NCBI GenBank assembly: GCA_965262595.1
Contig: OZ253548.1
Location: 1,051,740-1,115,739 of the forward strand
Reading direction: 5' to 3'
Source: Dehalococcoidia bacterium
GTDB taxonomy: Bacteria > Chloroflexota > Dehalococcoidia > Lucifugimonadales > UBA3495
DNA length: 64,000 bases
Shown here: in pieces, positions 1-8,915 of the stretch
Layout of the letters: every line of letters starts with the position of its first letter
Numbering within the stretch: the first letter of the stretch is position 1
Made by a program: the position numbers and the translations under genes
The notes under the pieces: generated by a model
Told to the model about the DNA's origin: nothing
The model's database searches: none
What the model saw: the letters and a program-made list of their open reading frames with translations, nothing else

Positions 1-116
1 AGCAGGGCGTAGAGGCATTCCGGGTTACTGACCAGCTTTCAGACTCGGAGCGTTCCGCGCTGATGGGGGGTACACTTTCGAGGATTTACAATTGGTCGCC
101 GGGCATGGCTCGGTAG
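1..116 (+). CDS. 3' end of a gene entering from the left edge; amidohydrolase-like C-terminus (partial)
   Basis: Reading from nt 3 gives QGVEAFRVTDQLSDSERSALMGGTLSRIYNWSPGMAR, then TAG at 114-116. The tail resembles C-termini of metal-dependent amidohydrolases. It has no start in the window, so it is absent from the ORF track. Confidence 0.35.
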   Translation, partial: QGVEAFRVTDQLSDSERSALMGGTLSRIYNWSPGMAR

Positions 117-458
117 ATCGCAAATAGGGCGGCGGCGCAAAGGAATAACTTTTCCGACCTGTCATGCTTACAGGACACGCTAGTTGGTGGAGGCGTGCTC
201 GGGTTGGCTATACTCGGCTCGTCATTATATGTCACTTCCAAGATACGATTGCGCCGGCCATTAGCTTCGGTACCACTGTGGACGGCGAAATCAAAGGACT
301 AGTCTCCTCTCGATAGTCACAAACTCAAGAGGATCTCGTAAAGGGGGCAAGGTATCAGCAACAATTATCGGTGGAAATCCTGAAGTGACCGCTAACCGTT
401 CGCCAAAGGATGATTCCAGAAGGTGACAACCACACCCTCTTGCCGGCGCTCAGCTACG

Positions 459-1541
459 TTAGCCGTCAGGCCGCAGCAGAGTGACGGTTGCCGGGGGAAT
501 GACTACGGCAACCTCGTCTCCCGCCTGCACGTCAGCGCCGGCGTCGCGACGGGCAACCTCGCATACCAGTTCGCCTTCGCCCACCCGGATACGCAGTTCG
601 GCCTCGCCACCGCGAAACTGGCGAGTAACGACGACCCCGGCCAGCGCTCCCGCCGGTAACTGACCGCCGCCAGTCGGCGCCACCGTGAACCCCCTTTCGT
701 CGATAAGGACTAAGACATCGCCTCCTTCGACTACTTCGGGGTTGATCGGCTCGCCGACTTCAAGAGTACCGATTGCACACTTAACCAGTTGCGTTTCCTT
801 TGATAGCACTACCGTTCCCGGGAGGATATTCCGCATCCCGAGAGAGCGGGCAACCAGCTCGCTGGCCGGCGCCCGGAATAGGGCTTCGGGGGGCCCAGCC
901 TGCACCACCGACCCATGATCCATAAAGACGATCGCATCCGCAATAGCGAAAGCCTCGTCCTTGTCGTGCGTTACATAGATTGAGGTGACGCCCACCTCTT
1001 TGAGAATCGAGCGCACCTGGCCTTGCAGCGACTCCCGCAGCACCCGGTCAAGGGACCCCAACGGCTCGTCCAGCATCAGTAGTTTGGGAGCAGGCGCCAG
1101 CGAACGGGCCAACGCAACCCGCTGACGCTCACCGCCGGAAAGCTCATGGACTTTGCGTTTTTCGTAGCCTGCCAGCCCCACCAGTTCCAGCAATTTATCG
1201 ACTTGCCCTCTGACCAAGTCGCTGGATTGCCGCTGCATCCGCAACCCAAAGCTCACGTTCCCGAAAACATCCATCTGCGGGAAGAGCGCCAGGTCCTGAA
1301 ACATCAAACCGAATCCCCGGAGATGGGGAGCAACTCCCTCCTGGTTCTTCCCGTCGAACATAATGGATCCCGCATCCAGGGTCTCCAGGCCGGCGATCAG
1401 CCTTAACAGTGTGCTCTTCCCGCAGCCGCTTGGGCCAAGCAGGCACATCAGATCGCCGTGCTCCACCGTAAGGGAGACGTCGCTTACCGCGGCCACGGCG
1501 CCGAAGAACTTTGAAGCCTGGGCAACCTCAAGCGCGGGCAT
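459..1541 (-). CDS. ABC transporter ATP-binding protein (thiamine/Fe3+ importer type, with C-terminal regulatory extension)
   Basis: Walker A GPSGCGKST, signature LSGGERQR and Walker B LLMLDEP. It is the last gene of the riboswitch-controlled thi transporter operon, and its start overlaps the permease stop (ATGA). Confidence 0.9.
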   Translation of the reverse strand: MPALEVAQASKFFGAVAAVSDVSLTVEHGDLMCLLGPSGCGKSTLLRLIAGLETLDAGSIMFDGKNQEGVAPHLRGFGLMFQDLALFPQMDVFGNVSFGLRMQRQSSDLVRGQVDKLLELVGLAGYEKRKVHELSGGERQRVALARSLAPAPKLLMLDEPLGSLDRVLRESLQGQVRSILKEVGVTSIYVTHDKDEAFAIADAIVFMDHGSVVQAGPPEALFRAPASELVARSLGMRNILPGTVVLSKETQLVKCAIGTLEVGEPINPEVVEGGDVLVLIDERGFTVAPTGGGQLPAGALAGVVVTRQFRGGEAELRIRVGEGELVCEVARRDAGADVQAGDEVAVVIPPATVTLLRPDG

Positions 1542-3190
1542 CAGAAGCCGCCCACGTTGCGGTAGCGGAACCGTTCGATCGCCACGAACCCTACGGCCAC
1601 CACTGCCATCAGCAGAGTACTCATTGCCAAAGCCTGACCTAGATTCGTCTCCCCTGGCTGCGCCATCAACCGAAAGATCGCCACGGGCATCGTCGTAAAC
1701 TCAGGCCGGACCAGCAGCAGCGACGCCCCGAACTCCCCCATCGATACGGCAAAGGCAAACGTCGCGCCCACCAGCAATGCCCGCCCAATGATCGGGAGTT
1801 CCACGTGTATCAAAACGTTCAGCGGCGTCGCGCCCAGCAATGCCGCCGATTCCTTTAACTGGTGTGGCATCCCCCTCAGTACCGGAAGCACGCTCCGAAT
1901 AACGAACGGGTAGGCGACCAGCGAGTGAGCGATCACCAATATCAACCACGAACCCCGCAGGTCGATGGGCGCGCGGTTGAACGCCACCAGGAACCCGAAT
2001 CCCAGCGTAACCGCCGATACGCCCAGAGGCGCCATAAATAGCGCGTCCACCAAACTTGAGCGCCCATGCCGACGGACGATGACGTAGGCCGCGGCTGTAC
2101 CTACGGCTACCGCGATTATCATCGACGCCAGCGCAAACCGTAACGAGTTCCAGATCACCGTCAGGGGAGACAAGCGGAAGTACGACCCCCGGTCATCCGA
2201 AAATAAGCTCACGAAGTGCGTCAGCGAGTACCCGCCACCGGACGAGATTGCCCGCTCCACCAGCGCCAGCAACGGCGAAAGCACGACTAACAGCGCCACC
2301 AGGATCGCCACTAAAAATACCGTGTCCTGGAAACCGCGCTTCCCCCGGATGACTTCCTCTTCAGGAACAAAAGTTATTGGCACTGCGCTTTGAGCCTGAA
2401 GTCTGGTGTACACCTGCAGGAAGGCGTAGGTGAACACCAACTGCACCAGAGAGAGAGCTCCGGCTACCTCTAGCCGAAACAGCTTGACCGTCAGTTCGTA
2501 GATCGCCACTTCCAGCGTGGCAAAACTCGGCCCACCCAGGACCAGCACGACGCCGAAGGAGGTGAAAGAAAAGACAAACACCAGTAACGCCGACGACCAC
2601 AACGCAGGCAGCAGCAGGGGCAAAGTGACATGGATAAATGTCTGGACTCGCCCCGCCCCCAGCAGGGCCGCGCTCTCCCCGAATCGCGGGCTCAGGTTGG
2701 CCCAGAAGGCCGATACGATCCTGATGACTATTGCGTAGTTGTAGAACGCGTGGGCCATGAAGATGATGGTCAGCGTGTTGGTGACGCGAACCTGCGGACC
2801 CTCCGCGCCAAAGAGACCGGTCAGCGCCGTGTTCACCAGTCCTTGCGGGCCCAGCAACGCCACGAAGCCCATGGCCACCACGATGGTCGGCATGATGAAA
2901 GGCAGCGTGGTCAGCGCCTTTAGCACCGTCTTACCCGGGAACTCGTGCCTGGCGAACAGGTACGCCGCCGGCAGGCCAACGATTAGCGTCAGAGCCGTGG
3001 AAACTGCGGCCTGCCAGATGGTGAACCAAATGCGTCCCAGGTAATAGGCGTCACCCAGTACCACTCCGAACGGTTCCAGACCCAACGCCCCGCCGCTGAA
3101 GCTCCTTCCCAGGATCGCCGCCAAGGGGTACAGAAAAAAGACGGCGAGGAAGGCAATCGGCCCGAAGACCAGGAAACGGCGGGAGGTCAC
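1541..3190 (-). CDS. thiP: Thiamine-type ABC transporter permease (duplicated two-domain ThiP/FbpB-like)
   Basis: 549 aa and highly hydrophobic, with two permease halves. It sits between the ThiB-like binding protein and the ATPase, with 4-nt overlaps on both sides. Confidence 0.8.
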   Translation of the reverse strand: MTSRRFLVFGPIAFLAVFFLYPLAAILGRSFSGGALGLEPFGVVLGDAYYLGRIWFTIWQAAVSTALTLIVGLPAAYLFARHEFPGKTVLKALTTLPFIMPTIVVAMGFVALLGPQGLVNTALTGLFGAEGPQVRVTNTLTIIFMAHAFYNYAIVIRIVSAFWANLSPRFGESAALLGAGRVQTFIHVTLPLLLPALWSSALLVFVFSFTSFGVVLVLGGPSFATLEVAIYELTVKLFRLEVAGALSLVQLVFTYAFLQVYTRLQAQSAVPITFVPEEEVIRGKRGFQDTVFLVAILVALLVVLSPLLALVERAISSGGGYSLTHFVSLFSDDRGSYFRLSPLTVIWNSLRFALASMIIAVAVGTAAAYVIVRRHGRSSLVDALFMAPLGVSAVTLGFGFLVAFNRAPIDLRGSWLILVIAHSLVAYPFVIRSVLPVLRGMPHQLKESAALLGATPLNVLIHVELPIIGRALLVGATFAFAVSMGEFGASLLLVRPEFTTMPVAIFRLMAQPGETNLGQALAMSTLLMAVVAVGFVAIERFRYRNVGGF

Positions 3191-4230
3191 CGCAAGACAA
3201 CCTCGGTCCAGTCACGGATCCACTGCTCCCGCTTCTCGCCGATCTCGGATGCGCCAATGTCAGCAGGCTGCGACGGGACATCGGCGAATCTGAACGAATC
3301 CGGAGCGTTGGCATTCGGATTGACCGGGTACACGAACATCCTTTCCGGGAAATCCTCCTGGAAGCTCGTACCCAGCGCGAAATCAATGAACTTCTTCGCA
3401 AGTTCCTTACTGTTGGCGCCCTTCAGGATCCCGATCCCCTCTATCTGAAGGAACGAGGCCTTGTCGATGAGGATGTTCCCCGTTGGCGGCGCCTCCACCG
3501 GCGGGTCGGAGAAGAGGAACTCCGCTGCGGGGCTGGTGGCGTAGCTGACCACCAACGGCCGGTCACCCCCGTTGTGGGAGAAATCGGTGTAATAGGCGTC
3601 GGACCATCCGTCCTTTACCAGCACATCGTTGGCCCGCAGGTCCCGCCAGAAGTCCAGGTAATCGTAGTCGTCGTCCTCGCCGAAGTAGGATACTGTGGCG
3701 ATAAGGAAAGCCAGACCCGGCGACGACGATGCCGGATTTTCCACGACCAGCCGGCCCGTCCAGTCGGCCCCGGTCAACTCCTCCAGTGTCGTGGGAGGCG
3801 TGAGTCCCTGCTTAGCCAGGTACGCCACATCGTAGTTCAGGTTCACATAGCCATAGTCAATCGAGGTTACATGACCGCTGGGGTCCAGCACGAATTGCGC
3901 CGGCACGTCGTCCAGCAGGTCAGGACGATACTCGTCGAAGATCTCCTCGTCCAACGCCCTACTTAAGAAGGTGTTGTCAACCCCGTACAGCAGATCCGCC
4001 GAAGGGTTCCCCTTCTCCAGGATTGCCCTTACCAGCACCTCGCCGACGTCGCCCGACGGCTGGAGCACCACGGTCGCATCGTTCTCCGCCTCGAACTCCG
4101 CAATCAGTTCCTCGCTGATGTCGAAGCTATTGTGGGTCATTATCACCAGTTCGCTGTCCTGGTCTCCACCGCACGAAGCGGTTAGCGCGGTCATAAGCAT
4201 TATCAACACAACAATTGCTGATCTCTTCAA
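3187..4230 (-). CDS. thiB: Thiamine ABC transporter substrate-binding lipoprotein (ThiB/TbpA-like)
   Basis: Lipobox LTASCGG. Blocks such as LVVSYATSPA and a C-terminal QWIRDWTEVV follow my recollection of E. coli ThiB. TTG start with a GAGGGGG RBS, directly downstream of the TPP riboswitch. Confidence 0.8.
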   Translation of the reverse strand: MKRSAIVVLIMLMTALTASCGGDQDSELVIMTHNSFDISEELIAEFEAENDATVVLQPSGDVGEVLVRAILEKGNPSADLLYGVDNTFLSRALDEEIFDEYRPDLLDDVPAQFVLDPSGHVTSIDYGYVNLNYDVAYLAKQGLTPPTTLEELTGADWTGRLVVENPASSSPGLAFLIATVSYFGEDDDYDYLDFWRDLRANDVLVKDGWSDAYYTDFSHNGGDRPLVVSYATSPAAEFLFSDPPVEAPPTGNILIDKASFLQIEGIGILKGANSKELAKKFIDFALGTSFQEDFPERMFVYPVNPNANAPDSFRFADVPSQPADIGASEIGEKREQWIRDWTEVVLR

Positions 4231-4272
4231 TGTTGGCCCCCTCTAATTAGCTGGCCCCGGCGCCGGTCTGGC

Positions 4273-4300
4273 AACAAAAAGCCGCCTTCTCTAGGCGGCT
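4273..4300 (-). terminator. Intrinsic terminator hairpin forming the expression platform of the TPP riboswitch
   Basis: Minus-strand RNA AGCCGCCUAGAGAAGGCGGC followed by UUUUUGUUGCC, located between the aptamer and the thiB RBS. Confidence 0.7.
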
Positions 4301-4311
4301 GGCGAAGTCAG

Positions 4312-4412
4312 GATAACCACTTTCCCTCCGCTGGCATTACCCAGATCAGGTTAGGAGTCGACAGCGATTGCGCTGTCCTCTCAGCCTGGCTTCCCAAGCT
4401 CCCCCGAGGCGT
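4312..4412 (-). promoter_or_regulatory. TPP (THI-box) riboswitch aptamer
   Basis: Minus-strand RNA: CGGGGGAGCUUGGGAAGCCAGGCUGAGAGGACAGCGCAAUCGCUGUCGACUCCUAACCUGAUCUGGGUAAUGCCAGCGGAGGGAAAG. It contains the conserved CUGAGA and ACCUGAUCUGG-UAAUGCCAGCG blocks. Confidence 0.9.
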
Positions 4413-4426
4413 ATTTACTAGGCACC

Positions 4427-4456
4427 AGAGTAGCGGCACGGCGCCAGGTATGTCAA
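4427..4456 (-). promoter_or_regulatory. Candidate sigma70-type promoter for the riboswitch-thi operon
   Basis: Minus strand TTGACA (4456-4451), 18 nt spacer, TACTCT (4432-4427), about 15 nt upstream of the aptamer. Confidence 0.4.
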
Positions 4457-4568
4457 TAGACCCGCCAGCCGGCAGACTGTCAGCCACCTTACAATGGGCA
4501 AGCCGCAGCTAGCTTCCACCGGCGCCCTGACCTTTCAAAACGATGCCATTAGCGATGAGAGTTCTACA

Positions 4569-4904
4569 TTATAATTCAGCCGAGAGAAGCCTGAAGTTGA
4601 AGTGTTCCTCCGGACGGTGCAAGGTGACGACGGGGAGGGAAAACCAGCCGTTTTCCTGAAGAGCGCCAGCCAAGGGCTTGACCCGGTTAGCAAGGGCATT
4701 GACGTAGAACTTCGAGCACCAACCGGACCCGTTTGAACTAACGATGAAGCCGCTGCCCGCTTTACAATGACAGAGGTCGGATGCGCAGCTCGACGGGGCA
4801 ATCAACCGACCAGCAACGACGCAGCAGCATCCGCTTCCTTCGTCGGTGACGCTCTTAGTGTAATGATGCGGGTGTCCGGAGCCACCGTGTTGATCTATCG
4901 ACAC
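4569..4904 (-). CDS. Cys/His-rich hypothetical ORF, possibly a 5'-truncated gene remnant
   Basis: 111-aa ORF with HGGSGHPHHY and 8 Cys (GCCCVV, SSCASDLCHCK, GWCSK). The frame stays open upstream to about 5045 without any canonical start, and the GTG at 4904 has no convincing RBS. Confidence 0.3.
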   Translation of the reverse strand: MSIDQHGGSGHPHHYTKSVTDEGSGCCCVVAGRLIAPSSCASDLCHCKAGSGFIVSSNGSGWCSKFYVNALANRVKPLAGALQENGWFSLPVVTLHRPEEHFNFRLLSAEL

Positions 4905-5315
4905 GCCTCGAACGGAGCCAAGCCGGGCAGGCTCAAACTCGGCAGGATTACCGCGGGCAGCCGTTCGACCGTCGCCACTGCTTCCAAAGTATCTCCGAGC
5001 ATCCCAATAAATCGGTTTCGGCTTTAGGATCAGATTACGACCGCATCACGGCGGATTGGGGCATATTTTCGTCGGCAACTATTAGGAAAATGGGAATAAG
5101 AACACCGTTGACTCGCAATAGCGCGGATAAGCCAATTCCAACAATCTGGTCAATCATTAGCCGAGACTACAACCGGCCCATTACGGATACAGTCAACTAC
5201 CTAATTGCGCCACCAATGGGGTGTATTTACCCATTGCGACAGGTCTCCACCGGAGGCTAATGCATCCCTGAAAAATGGGGTGCAACGATGCCGGTAATAG
5301 CCGTCCCACCTAAAT

Positions 5316-5374
5316 TGATCGGGGACCATCAAACCTCTATATAACTACTACATAAAGGTTGATGGTCCCCGATT
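5316..5374. repeat. Long inverted repeat / hairpin in an ORF-free spacer
   Basis: Arms GATCGGGGACCATCAA (5317-5332) and TTGATGGTCCCCGAT (5359-5373) are nearly perfect complements around an AT-rich loop. The hairpin lies 120 nt downstream of the 5494 gene end. Confidence 0.6.
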
Positions 5375-5493
5375 GAACTCTACAGACTATCAGGTCGATA
5401 CTCCAAGGTTCCCAAAGCCCCAAATTAGGAGGGACGGGCTAATTGCCTCGATGTTCGGAACGCTGCCTCAATGGCAACTTTCCTACTGCTTCT

Positions 5494-6066
5494 TTATGCT
5501 TTTTCATCCTTGTCCGGGCTCGATGTCGCTGATTCGACTACCACGCGCACTCCCTGAATGGTACCGGTTACCGCGTTCCGGACTGCATCTCCGGCAGCAT
5601 CGCCCACGTCATAAGCAGCTTCAACGGCCCCGGTGGCAACGGCGGACGCGGTCCGCTCAACATCGGTCCCCACATTCTTGGCAGCCTCGATGGAGCCATG
5701 AACGGCAGCCAAAGCAACACTGGCAAGGTCTTCCCCTACCGATGCCGCACTGCTAATCAATTGTCGTGTGGCATCCCGCGCCACGGTAACTACGTCACCG
5801 CCCGTACCTGCGACTGCGGCAATGACTCCGGCAACCGTACTATGAGCAGCGGTAGTCAACGAGCCGCCGACATCTCTCGCTCCATCGATGGCTCCCCGCG
5901 TCACCTGGGCAACCGATTCCTCAGCAGTGAGGCCCACTGACACTCCACCTCGCAACGCCCCCTCGACGGCGTGTTGAGTCGCCGTCCCGAGTTCCGCCCC
6001 GGCGTCGCTGGAGCCTCGTATGGCCCCGACCACCACGTCGTGGAGCCGTAGTGGTCGCCGTCGCAA
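5494..6066 (-). CDS. Ala/Gly/Val-rich 22-residue tandem-repeat protein (3' part of a split repeat gene)
   Basis: The motif x-G-x-[IVL]-x-[GA]-A-x-x-V-G recurs at residues 14, 36, 58, 80, 102, 124, 146 and 168 (exact 22-aa period). TTG start at 6066. C-terminal tail SSPDKDEKA. Confidence 0.55.
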   Translation of the reverse strand: MRRRPLRLHDVVVGAIRGSSDAGAELGTATQHAVEGALRGGVSVGLTAEESVAQVTRGAIDGARDVGGSLTTAAHSTVAGVIAAVAGTGGDVVTVARDATRQLISSAASVGEDLASVALAAVHGSIEAAKNVGTDVERTASAVATGAVEAAYDVGDAAGDAVRNAVTGTIQGVRVVVESATSSPDKDEKA

Positions 6067-6103
6067 CTTGGCCTACACCTTCAATAACTCCGATCGCAGA
6101 GTC

Positions 6104-6340
6104 TCAGACTACCGACCCGGCCTCACTTCCAACCCTACCGACGGCGTGCAGCACACCGATAGAAGCATCCTGGGCCGGTTGGCCCACTTCTCCACCGACG
6201 GAGCGTGCGCCGCGCAGTCCGTTTACCGTTGAGTCCCGGACTACATCTACGGCAACGTTAGTTATCTGACCAGTCCCTCTTAGAGTTCCAGCCACCGAAT
6301 CCCTTACAGCCGATCCGATTCTGCCCAAACTCCACGCCAT
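6104..6340 (-). CDS. Same 22-residue repeat family (5' part of the split repeat gene)
   Basis: ATG at 6340 preceded by GAGGA. Repeat motif at residues 18, 40 and 62, continuing at 84 past the TGA stop (6104-6106). Confidence 0.55.
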   Translation of the reverse strand: MAWSLGRIGSAVRDSVAGTLRGTGQITNVAVDVVRDSTVNGLRGARSVGGEVGQPAQDASIGVLHAVGRVGSEAGSVV

Positions 6341-6481
6341 GTCATCCTCGCTTATCGTTAATTTTCCCTGCTGGAATCCCGACTAAAGGCCGTCTTACCG
6401 TACCCAAAACGCCTCTTGATACAACATAATAAGCCTTTTCTCGCCAACATGCCCTGAGATTTGGGACACATCCGGAACAAA

Positions 6482-7007
6482 TTACTTACGAAGGCCACCT
6501 GGCCCTCCAGCGGCAACATAGGTGCTCCCAAAGCTTGGGACGCCTAAGTTGGCGATGTTCTGAAGCCTGGCAAATGCCACTGGAATAAAGCCCATCCCGG
6601 TAGGGTAGCCAGCCGACATAATCCCAGTGTGGACCGGCCGGCTTGACCCAAGGGATAACGATTTCAGAGAAGAGCTGCAAGTCTTCCCAGTGACAGCCGG
6701 GACTCCGCATAAAAATGCTGCATTGGAAGAGCGGGGGGCAGCCCAAGTCGATGGTGTCTCGTCACTACTCCACATTCCCGGGATTCAACGTCCCATAAGA
6801 TCGTAAAGCCATGACAGCCACGTCCGCCGCTGTTTGAGGGTGGCCTCGTGCCAGGACGCTGGGCATTGGCGTCCAGCTCCTTCCATGCCCAACCCAAAAT
6901 ACAGTCTCCCCGGTCCCAGCTAGACCATCGAGAAAGGATAATCCGGGAACAGCCTCTTTCGACGGATTCCAGGAGTGTATCCCGTCGCTTCTGAGAGTAT
7001 AATCCAC
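6482..7007 (-). pseudogene. Probable decayed gene (protein-like stretches spread over three minus-strand frames)
   Basis: Overlapping ORFs 6765-7007, 6486-6746 and 6482-6775 each contain plausible peptide (…NPGNVE*, …SPGCHWEDLQLFSEIVIPWVKPAGPHWDYVGWLPY…, …GFIPVAFARL…). No single long ORF exists. Confidence 0.25.
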
Positions 7008-7082
7008 CGATGGATGATACGTTTACGGCCACTCAGGACGTCCCTGGAATTCGCCAGGGCCTGCTTAACCGGTAGCCGCCCA

Positions 7083-8381
7083 ATGACCAGCCTGCGAAAG
7101 ATTCACTATGCTTGGGTGGTTGTAGCAATTGCTGCCACGATGGGCTTCATTACCTCTTCGGTGCGATTTGCCGCCGCCGCGCTGGTCCCATTTCTCCGGG
7201 ATTCTTCGGCAGGATTCGGCTGGAGCTATGGCGCCATCAGCCTGGCGTTCAGCCTACAATGGATTGTGCTGGGGATAGCCAGTCCTTACATCGGTTTACT
7301 GGCAGAACGGTATGGTGTCCGGCGGCTCCTGCTGGTGGGGGGCCTGCTTTTCATCGCGGGCATGCTCCTGACCGGTGTAATGAAGAGCCTGTGGCAGTTC
7401 TACCTCTACTTCGGAGTTTTGTTGGGGATTGCCTCGGCCATATACACGGTTGTGACGGTTTCCGGGGTCACCTTGTGGTTCAGGAGGAATCTGGGCCAGG
7501 CCTTGGGTGCAGTGTGGTCTTTCCAGGGGTTGGGTACGGTGGCTCTCCTGTTTCTTATCGGCGCGGCCTTCGACACGCTGGGCATGAAATGGATTTTCTG
7601 GCTGCCGGGCATAATCGGAGGAGCGCTCCTGGTCTTATTGGCCAGGTTCTTTTACAACGATCCGGGCGCCATAGGCCAACGACCCTGGGGAGCTGCCGAA
7701 GAGGTGACGGCGCTGAGGCCCCAATATGAACAGGAGTCAAAGATACGGTCCAGGGTATTCTTGCAACAAGCGAAGCGGACCGGCACTTTCTGGAACCTGA
7801 TCGGTATTCACTATTGGGGCTGCATGGGCCACAACATCATCAACGTGTTGGTGGTGGCTATTGCCGTGGAACGGGGACTGCCGGTGGGAATGGCGGCTGC
7901 GGTGTTGGCAGTTCAACAGGGAGTGGGAGTAGTCGGCCGGGGCGTGGTACCGGTAATCGCAGAACGTTGGGGTTGTCGCGCTGTATGGGTCACGGGCATG
8001 TCGCTGCAGGCTCTTCCCTTGGGTCTCATCATGTTTTCCCACGAACCTTGGGCCTTTTTCCTCTTTTCAATCCTTTTCGGCATCGGCCAGAGTTGCGAGG
8101 TGCCTACTTTCTCCATCGCCAACCGCCAGTACTACGGCAATGTGCCTCAGGGCACCCTTTATGGATGGCAAAACATTGGCAACGGGCTGGGGATGGGGAT
8201 GGCCCCGGTGTTTGCCGGTATCTTGTGGGATGTAACCGGTACCTACATGGCGCCCCTGTTGCTGTCCCTGGCTTTTAGCCTGATGGGATTGATTTCCGCA
8301 CTGGTGCTGCCTTCACCCCAATGCCGCTTGATACCTGACTGGGAGAGCCATCTGCCGCCCGGCCTACGCCCCGCCAGCTAG
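7083..8381 (+). CDS. MFS transporter
   Basis: About 12 predicted TM helices with a typical MFS layout. I moved the start to the ATG at 7083 (MTSLRKIHYAWVVVAIA…) rather than 6975. Confidence 0.8.
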   Translation: MTSLRKIHYAWVVVAIAATMGFITSSVRFAAAALVPFLRDSSAGFGWSYGAISLAFSLQWIVLGIASPYIGLLAERYGVRRLLLVGGLLFIAGMLLTGVMKSLWQFYLYFGVLLGIASAIYTVVTVSGVTLWFRRNLGQALGAVWSFQGLGTVALLFLIGAAFDTLGMKWIFWLPGIIGGALLVLLARFFYNDPGAIGQRPWGAAEEVTALRPQYEQESKIRSRVFLQQAKRTGTFWNLIGIHYWGCMGHNIINVLVVAIAVERGLPVGMAAAVLAVQQGVGVVGRGVVPVIAERWGCRAVWVTGMSLQALPLGLIMFSHEPWAFFLFSILFGIGQSCEVPTFSIANRQYYGNVPQGTLYGWQNIGNGLGMGMAPVFAGILWDVTGTYMAPLLLSLAFSLMGLISALVLPSPQCRLIPDWESHLPPGLRPAS

Positions 8382-8476
8382 GCGGCCGGCGGCGAAAGGT
8401 CGTGCCGCCCGGATATCCTCTCAAGGCCCTCTTCCATCAGGGGCTATCGACGAACTCTGCAATTTCAGCAGGCCCG

Positions 8477-8911
8477 CTAGCGGGAAGAAAAGTCTCTCAA
8501 TAGGGTATAGGTTTCGTTCGGCAAATGCTCGGTGATGTAATGACCGCAGGGCAGGGCCTGAAGTTTGTCCATCAAGCCACAGGGGTCCAACTCTATTCTC
8601 AGCGGGACAATGTCCATCCTGCTGCGGAACCTCTGGCTGTCCTCCGGGTATGAGGCGTGGAGACCAGCCGTCTTTGATGCGGCTCGTCCAGCGTCGAAAC
8701 GGCTAAAACGCTTCCATAGCCCCTTCCCTAGTCTCCGCGTATTTGCCCAGTATGCCGGGCAAGTCCTGATGACAACCCTGGGACAGCAATCTACATAGGG
8801 AACATCGCGGTCTGCTCCGTGGCTTTCCTTAGCCGCTTTGCCGTCCAAGTTCGCCCCCTCCGCGCTCAACATCGCTAACCTGCTGCGACGGCACGGAATA
8901 TACCGGAGCAA
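8477..8911 (-). pseudogene. Remnant of an alpha/beta-hydrolase gene (only the C-terminal ~45 aa look authentic)
   Basis: The ORF ends …DPCGLMDKLQALPCGHYITEHLPNETYTLLRDFSSR, a typical alpha/beta-hydrolase C-terminus with the catalytic His. The upstream part of the ORF is not hydrolase-like, and a neighbouring frame carries other protein-like text. Confidence 0.35.
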
Positions 8912-8915
8912 ATTC

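Noticed and set aside
6104-6106. TGA inside the 22-aa repeat gene as a recoded codon (Sec or Gly/Trp reassignment).
   Set aside because: TGA clearly terminates other well-supported genes here (for example the CoA-binding protein at 17617-17619 and thiP at 1541-1543). No SECIS-like hairpin stands out, and a frameshift follows within about 60 nt, so gene decay or sequencing error is more parsimonious.
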